Shown here: positions 41,942 through 52,000 of the stretch, in pieces | How positions within the stretch are numbered: position 1 is the first letter of the stretch | How the letters are laid out: each line of letters begins with the position of its first letter | Assembly (NCBI GenBank): GCA_023484515.1 | Contig: JAMDAY010000030.1 | Span: forward strand, 1,320 to 65,319 | Length of the DNA: 64,000 nucleotides | Direction: 5' to 3' | From: Patescibacteria group bacterium | GTDB taxonomy: Bacteria; Patescibacteriota; Doudnabacteria; UBA920 | The notes under the pieces: generated by a model | Database searches by the model: none | Told to the model about the DNA's origin: nothing | The model's input: only the letters and a program-made list of their open reading frames with translations | Position numbers and translations under genes: made by a program

Positions 41942-42871
41942 ATGGATATTAATCGACTGAAAAATGTACTGGCGCGTAATGGCTTAAGACCTAATTTTAC
42001 CTACGGGCAGAATTTTTTGGTTGACGAAAATGCGCTGGACGACATTGTAAAGGCGGCTGGTATAAAAAAGAGCGACGCGGTTCTGGAAATCGGACCGGGC
42101 ATTGGCAACCTGACGGAAAAACTGTTGCAGCGCGCCGGGTTCGTGCTGAGTATAGAAAAGGACCCGAAGTTCTATCCGCTGCTGCGCGCCCTGAAGAAAA
42201 ATCACCGCGAAAATTTTCGGTTTGAAATTGCGGATGCGCTGGAAGTTGATTTTTTAGAAATATTAAATAATCAATCCGGATATATTGATTACCGCAATCC
42301 CGATCTGCAGATAGCCACGGATCCGAGCGTCCGCAAGCATCCCCAGATCCGGATGCCATCCGCATATCAGGGTCGGGATTATAAAGTCGTCGCCAACATC
42401 CCATACTACATTACCGGAAAAATTTTACAGACGCTGCTGAACGCCAAAATTAAACCGCAGAGCATTACCATACTTACGCAGAAAGAAGTCGCGGAAAATA
42501 TTATTGCCAAAGCAGGGGACTTGTCCGTGCTGGCAATCTCCGTGCAGTTGTACGGCCGGCCGAAAATAATCCGCACGGTTCCGGCAGACAGCTTTTACCC
42601 CGCGCCAAAAGTTGACAGCGCCATTTTGCAAATTGACCTTTACAAAAAACCGAAGTATGACCTGGGTGATGAAAAAAAATTTTTTCGCGTTCTCAAGTCG
42701 TGCTTTGCGGGTAAGCGCAAGCAGATACATAACACTCTGCAAAACAACCTGCGCCTGCCTAAGGAACAGGTGGAAAAAATTTTAAGCGAAACAAAAATCA
42801 GCCCCGCGTCCCGTCCGCAAGAGCTGGCCATTGAGCAATGGATAGAGCTGGCAAAAAAAATAAAAGATTAA
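41942..42871 (+). CDS. rsmA: 16S rRNA adenine dimethyltransferase
   Basis: GQNFL, LEIGPGIG, VANIPY, PAPKVDS. Confidence 0.95.
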   Translation: MDINRLKNVLARNGLRPNFTYGQNFLVDENALDDIVKAAGIKKSDAVLEIGPGIGNLTEKLLQRAGFVLSIEKDPKFYPLLRALKKNHRENFRFEIADALEVDFLEILNNQSGYIDYRNPDLQIATDPSVRKHPQIRMPSAYQGRDYKVVANIPYYITGKILQTLLNAKIKPQSITILTQKEVAENIIAKAGDLSVLAISVQLYGRPKIIRTVPADSFYPAPKVDSAILQIDLYKKPKYDLGDEKKFFRVLKSCFAGKRKQIHNTLQNNLRLPKEQVEKILSETKISPASRPQELAIEQWIELAKKIKD

Positions 42872-42972
42872 AAATCAAAATGCAAAACTACAATGCAAAA
42901 TTTAAAGTTAAGCTGCATAAGTAATTTTGTATTTTTCAATGTCATTTTTATTTTTGATATTTAAATTTTTAA

Positions 42973-43473
42973 TTATTTAAAATCAACTTCGTCTGCCGCC
43001 TTAATCCCGTTCCTGTCCGCCCATCCCGCGTTGACTTCCAGGACGGAATCTATAGGCGAAGGGGGAGAATAAAAAGGCAGTTGGCTGTCCGGCGTCCCCG
43101 GTTCCGGTTTGGGGACGTTTTTTGTAATTCCGACAATTTTGTTATTTTTTATCCAAATTAAATCCAAATTGAAATTCATATCTTTCATCCAAAAGTACGG
43201 CATATTATTTTCTTGCTGCCCAAAGTCAAACAGCATGCCTTTATTATTTGCCAGGCTTGTTCTGCCGGACAATCCTTGCTGCATGTCTTGGGGGGTATTA
43301 ACTACCTGTACTTCCAAAATTTTATTTCCTATTTGCAGTTCGTGGTTATATCGCGCGTCCATGCCATCCGTGACGTCCTGGGCAGGGGATTGCTTATTGC
43401 ATGCGGCAGACAATAATAAAAACATCAGTACCAAAGCAACTTTATTTACCTTTTTGCGCAAATTTTGTTCCAT
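42973..43473 (-). CDS. DUF192 family lipoprotein
   Basis: LSAAC lipobox; GLSGR...GMLFDF...FWMK...LDLIWI...VLEVNAG. Confidence 0.88.
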   Translation of the reverse strand: MEQNLRKKVNKVALVLMFLLLSAACNKQSPAQDVTDGMDARYNHELQIGNKILEVQVVNTPQDMQQGLSGRTSLANNKGMLFDFGQQENNMPYFWMKDMNFNLDLIWIKNNKIVGITKNVPKPEPGTPDSQLPFYSPPSPIDSVLEVNAGWADRNGIKAADEVDFK

Positions 43474-43694
43474 AATGTTATTTTACCCAATGCGCCAAAA
43501 TTGCGCAAAAAAGTATTGCAAAAAAATTCCAAATATGCTATAATAGATATAGAAATACGGAAAATATTACAGAAACCAAAAGAAAAACACAAATTAAAAG
43601 GAGTTTCTTTATTTTTACGCCAATTCATTTGGCTAGGTTTTGTTTTTCCGAAAATCAGGCAAAATTATAAAAGAGGTCGCTTAACAGGCCCATT

Positions 43695-44684
43695 ATGGAC
43701 AATAAAAAAACAAAAAAACACAACGTTTGGTTGATAAAAAAAGCGGGGCTGCTGGCGTCAGCAATTTTGGCAGTTTCATTTCCGCTTATGGTTTCAGGCG
43801 TTGTGTATGTTCCCCAATTGCTCAAGGCCAAGGACAACCCTACCGTATATTACGTGGCAGATAACGGTTTTAAAATTGCCATTCCTTCGGCAAAAATATT
43901 TTTGTCTTATAAATTCAAATGGGGAAACATAAAAACTGTTTCCCAAACAGAATTAAATTCGCATCCGGACGCCCTCTATATTAAACTGGCGGGATCCAGT
44001 CAGGTTTACCGGCTGGAAGGCATGGCTAAGCGCCTGGTAACAGCAGAAGCGGCCCAGTCTTTAAAACTTGATTCGCGATCCGCTGTCGCCTTAAATAAAA
44101 CGCACTTTAATTTTTACCAAAATGGTCCGGATGTAACGGCGCATGAAATAGGTTTTGTCCTGCAAGGCATGGCCGGAAATTTAGAGAGCGGATCAGAAGG
44201 AGCAGAGTGTTATCCCGACCCCGGCTCCGGCGGGGAAGACGGCTGCATAATTTACCAGGCTATGGAAAAAAATGACGTGACCATTTGCGAAGGAATTGCC
44301 AGCCAGAACTGGAAAGGAATTTGCTACAGCGCGTTTGTCCCCGAAGCGGGTGATCCTTTAATCAATTGCCGCAAGCTGACGGACGCCGCGGCAAAGTCCG
44401 ACTGCGCGGAAAAAATCGCGGTCAGGAAAAAAGACCAACAGCTTTGCAGCCTTGCCAGTTCCTTTGGCCGGAGGCTGATTTGCCTTTCCAATGTTGCCAT
44501 TGCCAGCAAGAATCCGAACGCTTGCAATATATTGTTCAACCAGGATTCGCAAGTAAAGGACACCTGCAATTTTTCCTACGCCCTCGTAAACAAAGATTCC
44601 TCTTTTTGCGGCAAAATTTCCGACCAAAATTTTAAAACCAATTGCCTGAATAATTTTTTGCCTAACCAGCAAATTTCGCAATAA
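43695..44684 (+). CDS. exported Cys-repeat hypothetical protein
   Basis: signal/TM; repeated A....D...C..I.......C units. Confidence 0.75.
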   Translation: MDNKKTKKHNVWLIKKAGLLASAILAVSFPLMVSGVVYVPQLLKAKDNPTVYYVADNGFKIAIPSAKIFLSYKFKWGNIKTVSQTELNSHPDALYIKLAGSSQVYRLEGMAKRLVTAEAAQSLKLDSRSAVALNKTHFNFYQNGPDVTAHEIGFVLQGMAGNLESGSEGAECYPDPGSGGEDGCIIYQAMEKNDVTICEGIASQNWKGICYSAFVPEAGDPLINCRKLTDAAAKSDCAEKIAVRKKDQQLCSLASSFGRRLICLSNVAIASKNPNACNILFNQDSQVKDTCNFSYALVNKDSSFCGKISDQNFKTNCLNNFLPNQQISQ

Positions 44685-44686
44685 AA

Positions 44687-45022
44687 ATGACCAAGAAATT
44701 TACACAAATACTTTTTTACTCAATTTTTGCTTCTGCTGTTTTTTTACCATTTTCAGTTAGCGCCCAATTCACAGGCAAGCCGGTAGGCGGCAGGTTTTTA
44801 CCAGGAGTGTTTGATATTTTTACGCCAAATGTCCTTTGCAGAAGTTTGACCGTAACAGTAGTGGGACCGAATCCGGGAACTTTTACCTGGATGCCTATAA
44901 GCATATACGATTATTTTTACATGACCCCTTTTCATGTGGGCAATAGCATGCTTGGACTTTCCGGGCCCATGGTAGCGTCCTGCGCTCCTCTATATATGCT
45001 CGGATCCAGCATTGCGCCGTAA
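44687..45022 (+). CDS. small exported hypothetical protein
   Basis: signal peptide VSA-Q. Confidence 0.65.
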   Translation: MTKKFTQILFYSIFASAVFLPFSVSAQFTGKPVGGRFLPGVFDIFTPNVLCRSLTVTVVGPNPGTFTWMPISIYDYFYMTPFHVGNSMLGLSGPMVASCAPLYMLGSSIAP

Positions 45023-45062
45023 GATAGAAATTAGGTTTTAGAAATTAGTATTTGGAAAATAT

Positions 45063-45848
45063 ATGCATCCCGAACAATCAATCATGGAAACAAATATTGC
45101 GGATTTACGCCCTGCGCCAAAAGAAAATTTTAACTTCGGCCATGTCAAAATTATTTTTATGGCCGCGCTGCTGCTTTTGGGCCTGGCCTGGTTTAAAAAC
45201 CCGCAATTGTTTTCCGCATTGGGGCGCAAGCAGGAAGTCAAGAAAATTTCGGCTAATGTGCCGCGTTATTACGCTTACGTGCCGCCCGCCGAAGACATGC
45301 AACCCATGGTTGCCGGCGCCAGCACCGTGCAGCAAGGCCCCATGATTATTAACGAAGACGGCAGCGTAACCCCGGCTTTGGACGCGGGAACGGTCCTGGG
45401 AGCAAGTACGGAAAATATCCAACTGCCTTTGGACCAGATTGCGGTCAGTGAAATTCCGGACAGCGGCGGGGCTATCCAAAAATATTTCTCAGACGCGCAG
45501 CTCATAGAAAGCAATTACATTAATAATGCGGACTTTGAAGCGGCTTTAAATTCCGGGAACCAGCAGCAAATAAACGCCCAGGCGCAAAAATTAACGGGCG
45601 TTAAAAACAACCTGCAGAAATTGGAAGTTCCCCGTTCATTGGTAAAGCTGCAAAAATTGAAAATTGCCCAATACCAGGCAGCCATAGCCATTTTGGGAAA
45701 TTTTACCAAAGCGGACGAAAATCCCGAACTGGTAGGCCAATATTTGGATCAGTTTTTAAAGTCGCAGCAGGACCTGGACGCGGAAACAGCGGCCATAAAC
45801 CAAAAGTATAATTTGAACAACCCCTTAACGGATAATGTCCAACAATAA
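45063..45848 (+). CDS. membrane-anchored hypothetical protein
   Basis: single TM, helical C-terminus. Confidence 0.7.
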   Translation: MHPEQSIMETNIADLRPAPKENFNFGHVKIIFMAALLLLGLAWFKNPQLFSALGRKQEVKKISANVPRYYAYVPPAEDMQPMVAGASTVQQGPMIINEDGSVTPALDAGTVLGASTENIQLPLDQIAVSEIPDSGGAIQKYFSDAQLIESNYINNADFEAALNSGNQQQINAQAQKLTGVKNNLQKLEVPRSLVKLQKLKIAQYQAAIAILGNFTKADENPELVGQYLDQFLKSQQDLDAETAAINQKYNLNNPLTDNVQQ

Positions 45849-47718
45849 ACAAGGAAAAATTATAATTTCGCTGTTAATTGGCGCACAGCTAGCGCTGCTG
45901 CCTGGTTTGGCTTTGGCGCAAATTCCTTCCGCAAATCCTGTCCCGACTTCGGACAGCGCCAATGGCAGCGGAGGTATTGTGGGAACCGGGGCCAATGCTA
46001 CAGCCGCGGCGGCTTTGGAAGCGCAGGATAAAATCAACCAGGGCCTGGCCAACGGGGAGGCGACATATTTTAAAGGCGACAGCACCGTGCAAATGGGTTT
46101 TGGCGGCCTGGCGTTAATTAGCGGCGGCGCATCGGTGCTGGCGCAGCTTAAGGCGAAAATTACGGCCATTGACGGGTTCATCTTAAGCAGGCAGCAAGTC
46201 CGCAACTCTTTAATGGCCATAGTGACTCCGAACACTTATACTGCCACGCGCAAGCAAATGCTGCTGGAGGAGGTAGACGGGGCCATTAGAAGCTTAAAGG
46301 ACCGCGAGGAGCCTATTAAGCAGCAATTGCAAATGGTGGAACAGGGTTTTTGGAAAACTTTGGTTTACAACATTTTAATTAAAACTACCAAGAGCGTATC
46401 TGACCGGCTGGTTGCCAATCTGACCAATAAATTTAAGATTACGAATTTTTCCAGTTACGCGGATGCCGTTGCCACGCAGGTTTACGACAACCAGTTTATC
46501 CAGAATAATTATAAAGGCAACAACATGGACCAGATGATTGTGCGGTCCATGCTTGTCAATCCTTTGGCCCAGAGCGAGGTTTCGCCCGCCGTTTACCAGC
46601 GGGCGGACGCGGCTCTGGGTTTTGACCCGCACGGCGTGGACGTGTCCGATCCGAATTTTTACAATAAAATGACCCAGGTCGGCTCCGGGCAGGCTAATCC
46701 TTTTTTGCAGCAGGTGGTTTTGGCTGACCAGGCCAATAATATCCATAGCCAGGCTTTGGCTAACGCCCAGGCCGAAGTTGCCCAGAGCAGCGGTTTAAAA
46801 ACTCCCCGCACCTGCACGGGCGTGCTTTCCCAGCAACAGGCAATAGACCAGTCTTATAAAGCGGCCAATAACAAACTGGCAGACAGGCAAAAGCTGCTGG
46901 CAGATTTGCAGGCGGCGCAAATGGCTAATATGGAAGTTAACCCGGACGACATAAAGCAGGCGCAGGCGGACGTGGATTCGGCCGCCAAGGAACTGCAGGC
47001 CTTACCCAAGCAAGTTACCGGCGGCGCAGTGGATATTTGCAAGGACATTGTATCGCCGCCGAGCTTGATAAACAAAGGGATAGACGAAGCCTTTAAATCT
47101 TTGGGGCAGAATTTGGGTAACTATAACGAAAATAACATGCCGTTCTTTTTTAGCTTTATTACTGACGTGGCCAACCAGATTAGCAATAACTTAATTTTTG
47201 GCGGCGGCATAAATTCTTCCCAGTTGCTTAGCGAAAATACCGGCAGCCTGGCCAATGCAACGGCCTTAGGACTGGGTTTTGCGAGCACAAATTCCGGCAG
47301 TTCGGTTGAGAGCGGAATAATATTTAACGATCCCGTAAAGAGCAGTAATTTTCCCGACGCTTATACCTTAAGCTGGGAAGTGATAACGGACAAGTTCCCG
47401 ACCGCCAGTTATGTGACAATTAGAGGCACGGGAATTTCCGACGTCAAACAGGATTCCAGCGGAAATAAAGTCGCCAATAAGTTGCCGTTGTCTGGGAGTG
47501 TTGAGGTGAGGACATCGTCTAATTCTTCTTATACGCTTAAAGTTTACGAAGAGACTAAAGACAGCAGCGGTAAGGTTACGGGCACGAAGCAGTTAGGGTC
47601 GCCTTCCGTAGTGGAGCTGGACGTAGGCAGCGTGAAAGGAGCGTTTATAGATAATTCCAAAGCAGAGCCTGTCCATCCGCGCGGGTTGAAACCCGTGGTT
47701 TCCCCAAGAGGGCAATAA
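45835..47718 (+). CDS. exported hypothetical protein, probably T4SS-locus associated
   Basis: signal peptide ALA-Q; coiled coil between two Cys. Confidence 0.7.
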   Translation: MSNNKQGKIIISLLIGAQLALLPGLALAQIPSANPVPTSDSANGSGGIVGTGANATAAAALEAQDKINQGLANGEATYFKGDSTVQMGFGGLALISGGASVLAQLKAKITAIDGFILSRQQVRNSLMAIVTPNTYTATRKQMLLEEVDGAIRSLKDREEPIKQQLQMVEQGFWKTLVYNILIKTTKSVSDRLVANLTNKFKITNFSSYADAVATQVYDNQFIQNNYKGNNMDQMIVRSMLVNPLAQSEVSPAVYQRADAALGFDPHGVDVSDPNFYNKMTQVGSGQANPFLQQVVLADQANNIHSQALANAQAEVAQSSGLKTPRTCTGVLSQQQAIDQSYKAANNKLADRQKLLADLQAAQMANMEVNPDDIKQAQADVDSAAKELQALPKQVTGGAVDICKDIVSPPSLINKGIDEAFKSLGQNLGNYNENNMPFFFSFITDVANQISNNLIFGGGINSSQLLSENTGSLANATALGLGFASTNSGSSVESGIIFNDPVKSSNFPDAYTLSWEVITDKFPTASYVTIRGTGISDVKQDSSGNKVANKLPLSGSVEVRTSSNSSYTLKVYEETKDSSGKVTGTKQLGSPSVVELDVGSVKGAFIDNSKAEPVHPRGLKPVVSPRGQ

Positions 47719-47731
47719 TAAAATAATCTTT

Positions 47732-47764
47732 AAAAATAGGCCGGCGTTTTGCCGGCCTATTTTT
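47732..47764 (+). terminator. intrinsic terminator
   Basis: aaaaataggccggc-gtttt-gccggcctattttt. Confidence 0.8.
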
Positions 47765-48083
47765 GTTGCGTTAACAATTCGTTTTTTACGATCGCAAAAA
47801 TAAATCTTAAGAACATGTAATTAGTGAAAAAATTATACAATTGTATAATTTTTTCACTCGTAGATTAATTATATGGGGCAAGCAAGGCTTCGTTAGGTCT
47901 CCCATAGGATGCCAGCTTGCCGGACAGGCAGATACCCCCATGGTTTTACACTTTCCGCGTCATTGCGAGGCATGCCGCTTGCGAGCGACGTGCCGAGTAA
48001 AAACATCTGCCTTCTGAACGCCTCAACCGCGGTTGAGGTGTTCCCATTGGGGCAGGCTTAGGGTTTAATTACAAATTATCCTT

Positions 48084-48140
48084 TGTAGGGGCTGCCCTTT
48101 GGGCGCCTGAACTTGCGGGCAGCTAAAGCTTGCCCCTACA
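48084..48140. repeat. GTAG-type REP-like element
   Basis: tgtaggggc...gcccctaca ends. Confidence 0.65.
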
Positions 48141-48335
48141 TTCTTTATGGCACTTGCCTGCTTTAGGGGGCAAGACTTCCAAGTATTCCGGCGTAACATT
48201 AAAATATGCGGAATAAGCAGCTTAATGAATTGGGCAATAGCTGTGTATTACGGCAAATAAAAAACAAAAATAACCCAAAAGTCGTAAATTTGTCAAAATT
48301 TTGTGTTTTAGTTTTATTTGTGTTATAATTTTGGC

Positions 48336-48656
48336 ATGAGTGAACAGGAAACCAGGGAAAAAATTAAGGAAATTGCCCAGAAAATCGCCGTGGAATTTAA
48401 GCCGGAAAAAATTATCCTTTTTGGTTCCTACGCCTGGGGAAAGCCCGATCCGGACAGCGACGTTGATTTGTTCGTGATTAAGGAAGTTGAAAATACTCGT
48501 GGCTGGGCGGGAAAAATTAGAATGGCTTTATGGGATTATCCAATAGCCATGGATATTTTAGTTTACAATAAGGAAAGATTAGGCAGGAGCTTAAAAAAAC
48601 AAAATTTTTTTATTAAAGATATTATTAGCCAAGGGCAAGTTTTATATGAACGATAG
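48336..48656 (+). CDS. minimal nucleotidyltransferase (MNT) antitoxin
   Basis: LFGSYAWG...DSDVDL. Confidence 0.9.
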   Translation: MSEQETREKIKEIAQKIAVEFKPEKIILFGSYAWGKPDPDSDVDLFVIKEVENTRGWAGKIRMALWDYPIAMDILVYNKERLGRSLKKQNFFIKDIISQGQVLYER

Positions 48657-49035
48657 CCTTTTATACCAAGATTGGTTAAAGCATGCCGATAACGACGAGA
48701 TTTCCTTACGGGCCGTTCTGAAAGAAGGGACGCCAAATACAGCTTGCTTTCTGGCGCATTTGATTTCAGAAAAGTATTTAAAGGCGCTTTTATTATTTTA
48801 TCGTGCGGAATATCCTAAAGTGCATGATCTGGTTAAGCTAGCCAAGCTCCTTGAATCAAAATTTCCTGATATCAAAGAGCTAGGAACTGATTTGGAATTT
48901 TTAACAGAATTTCATATTGAAGCGCGTTATCCTGCGGATATACCCAATTATACCCCAAGTGACGCAAAAAGAGCTTATGAGTCCGTATTACGAATAAAGG
49001 AATTCGTAAAAGGGAAGATTCAAGCCAACAGCTGA
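48646..49035 (+). CDS. HEPN domain protein (MNT-HEPN pair)
   Basis: A..D...ACF.AH...EKYLKA...HDL...ARYP. Confidence 0.88.
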   Translation: MNDSLLYQDWLKHADNDEISLRAVLKEGTPNTACFLAHLISEKYLKALLLFYRAEYPKVHDLVKLAKLLESKFPDIKELGTDLEFLTEFHIEARYPADIPNYTPSDAKRAYESVLRIKEFVKGKIQANS

Positions 49036-49088
49036 AACATAATTGTTTTAAACAAACCCCACCCCTCAGTAACATTAAGCAAAAACCA

Positions 49089-52000
49089 TTGCTACAGAAA
49101 CTAAAACTAAAAGCTAATCTTAACATATTTAAAAAACTGGCAAGCCTCCTTCTGCTTGCAGTTTTTGCGGTGCCTTTGTTAAAGCCGCTTGTTGCCAAAG
49201 CTGCCAGTGGGGATACGCTATATGGCAAATGGTATGACGCTTCCGAAATTAAGCTGGAATCGCATGTAGACGTCTGGGAAGACGGCCAATGGCACAACGA
49301 TTATAATTTTTTAAGGGTCGGAAACGAGCCCGGCAAAAGTTCTTTTAAGGTGCGCATAAGGTTAATATTAAGGTCTCCTGAAACCTTAACCTTTGCCGGA
49401 AACCAATGGATTGGCAGCCCCGTACGGGACGGCGTAAAGGCTCCCGATAAGAATGGAGCGTTTGGCGGGCAAAATATTTATGGCTTGGTCGGAGAAGGAT
49501 CGGCTTGGGGGCTTAAAGAAAATGTGGTTTGCGAAGACAGGAACGTAGCGGCAATATGGCGGGTATGGCATACGGAAAATATAGCGTTTTGTTATGACAA
49601 AAAAGAAGGGGAACCAAATTCCCGATCTGACAAACGGGAAGACGCCAGCGTAACCTATAAAGCCGGAGACGAAATTTATCATAATGAAATTAGTTTCCAG
49701 CAAAAAGATTTTGAAAAATTAGGAATAGTATCGCCAACCAGCGGAGATTACCGCCTTTTTGATTTCCAGGTATGGCCGGAATTGGTAGTAAATACGGGCG
49801 ACCATAGCTTGTCCGATTATGTCATTGCGGGGGCAGAGGGCGTAATTGCGGGAAAGGCAATAAACCAGTCTGCTGGTATAGCCGAATCTGTGGCAAAAGG
49901 CGTCAATGGCGCAGCAGCCAAAGCCTTAGATTTGGTAAAACAAATTAAAAATAAGCTACTTACTCCCTCCCAAGCTACGGAAGAACTGGCTAAAACTATG
50001 CCGCAATTGTCTGCCCAGGAAGCCAAGGCGGTAGCGGAAGCAATGATAAATAATTTTTCAAAGCTCAGCCCTACGGGAACCATTACGAGGGATATGTTGG
50101 ATACGGTTTCTTCCTCCATTGTTAGGGAATTGGCCGCTAAAGGGATGAGCCAGGAAGCTTCACTGGCAGTGGCAAACGAAGCCCTCCGCCAAATGGCGGC
50201 GCTGGCGGGGAAAGATGCTCCGAAAATAGTAGGCGCTACAGGTGAAGCGCTGGAACGTGCGGCCGTGCAGGCAGCTAAAACCGAAGCGGAAAAAGAAGCA
50301 GCAAAAGTTGCAGCCAGGACAGTGGCCAAGACAGTTGCCGGACAAGTGGTAAAAGGGGCTTTAAAATTTGTTTCCGTGGCAGGTTGGGCTTGGACCGTTG
50401 CGGACATAATTGTTTATGCGACAAGCTTTGAAAACGGCCCAATTACTTATTATAGCGGAAACACGCATGACGTTTATATCCAAGTGTTTAAGACCGAAGC
50501 TGCCGCCTTGGCGCAAAAAGGAGAGGCGCCTCCCGATGGAGTAATAATAAACAACGGAGGAAAAATTGGATCTGGACAAAACCCTACTCCCAGCGGAAGT
50601 CCCTTGCTTGGTGCAGTGAACGAGCTGATAGGGATTGTTATAGGTTTTCTCAATGAGCTAATCTACGTAATTTTCTATTGGCTTATTGCGCCGCTGCTGG
50701 AGGCTATGCTTTCCATACATGTTTATACGGATGTGTTTGTGGCGGTTATTTATCCGGGATGGATTGTTATAAGGAATGTCTGCAATATTGTATTTATTGT
50801 GGCGCTAATTGCCATTGCCATGGGCACGCTTTTCCGCGTGGAAAGTTACCAGTTTAGGCATCTTTTGGTGCAATTGATAATTGCCGCTTTACTAATAAAT
50901 TTCAGTTTGGTCATTGCCCAGGCGGTATTGGGCTTGGCCGACACGGTGCAGGCGCAATTTTTGCCGGACAATTTAACAGTTGTCCGGTCTTTGGGTAGGG
51001 ATATGATGCTAAGTTACCGGGATAATAGTAGCGGTAGTATCACTGGCGTTACCAGTGTCAGTATGTCTAGTTTGGCAATGAATGGAACTTTTGCAACAAC
51101 TGTTAAGCCATTATTTTATTTAGCCCTGGCTTTGGGAAGTTTTGCCGTGTTTGCGGCCATTACCGCGTATTTGGTCATCCGCGTGGTAGCGCTTTGGATT
51201 TTACTGATGGTGTCTCCAATAGCTTATGCCGCCGGAGTATTGCCGACCACCAGTCATTACCGCAGCGAATGGTGGGGGCAGTTTATTAAGTATGCGTTTT
51301 TTACGCCAATAATGGCGTTTTTCCTGAACATTGCCGCACTAATAAACGACCAGCAGGCAAATAATCCCGTGCTTAAAACCGTGTCCAGCGCGGATTTTGG
51401 CGGTTCTACCGTTGCCCCATTTGTCTTTAAAGTGGGCAGCAATATTCTATTGCTAATTTTTCTAGTCGTTGCCCTCAAAGTCGCCGAACAGTTCGGCATA
51501 GCAGGGGCTTCCACCATTAACAAATGGGCCAAAGAAGGCATCTATGCGCCGTTTAAAGGCGCAGGCTTCCTGGCTCAACGCGGCAAGGGTTGGGCAACCA
51601 GGAAATGGAACGAAAAAACAGTGCATTGGTTTTTGGAAGGAGAAGGCGAGAAAAAACCAAGGAGTGCTTTAAGCAAAGCCGCTTTTGCCATGCTAAACCC
51701 GGTTTCGTTCTTTAAAGGCTGGGGCAAGCGGGCAGAAGAATTGCAGCACGAAGCGCAAGAAATTGCCCATGCCGGAGGCCGTGAAGTTGCGGAACAAATG
51801 TTGACTATGGGTAAGTTAAAAATCCCTTATCGGCAATTCGTAGAACGCAGCGCGGAAAATAATTACTTGAAAGATTATGAGAATATGCGCAAGGAGAGTT
51901 TGATGACTGCAGCTGTTGCGGCGACAAATATGCATGGGGCAGAAGGTGAAATGCGCAAGAGAGCTATAGTTAAGGCTGCCGCTAAGAATGGTTATTTAGA

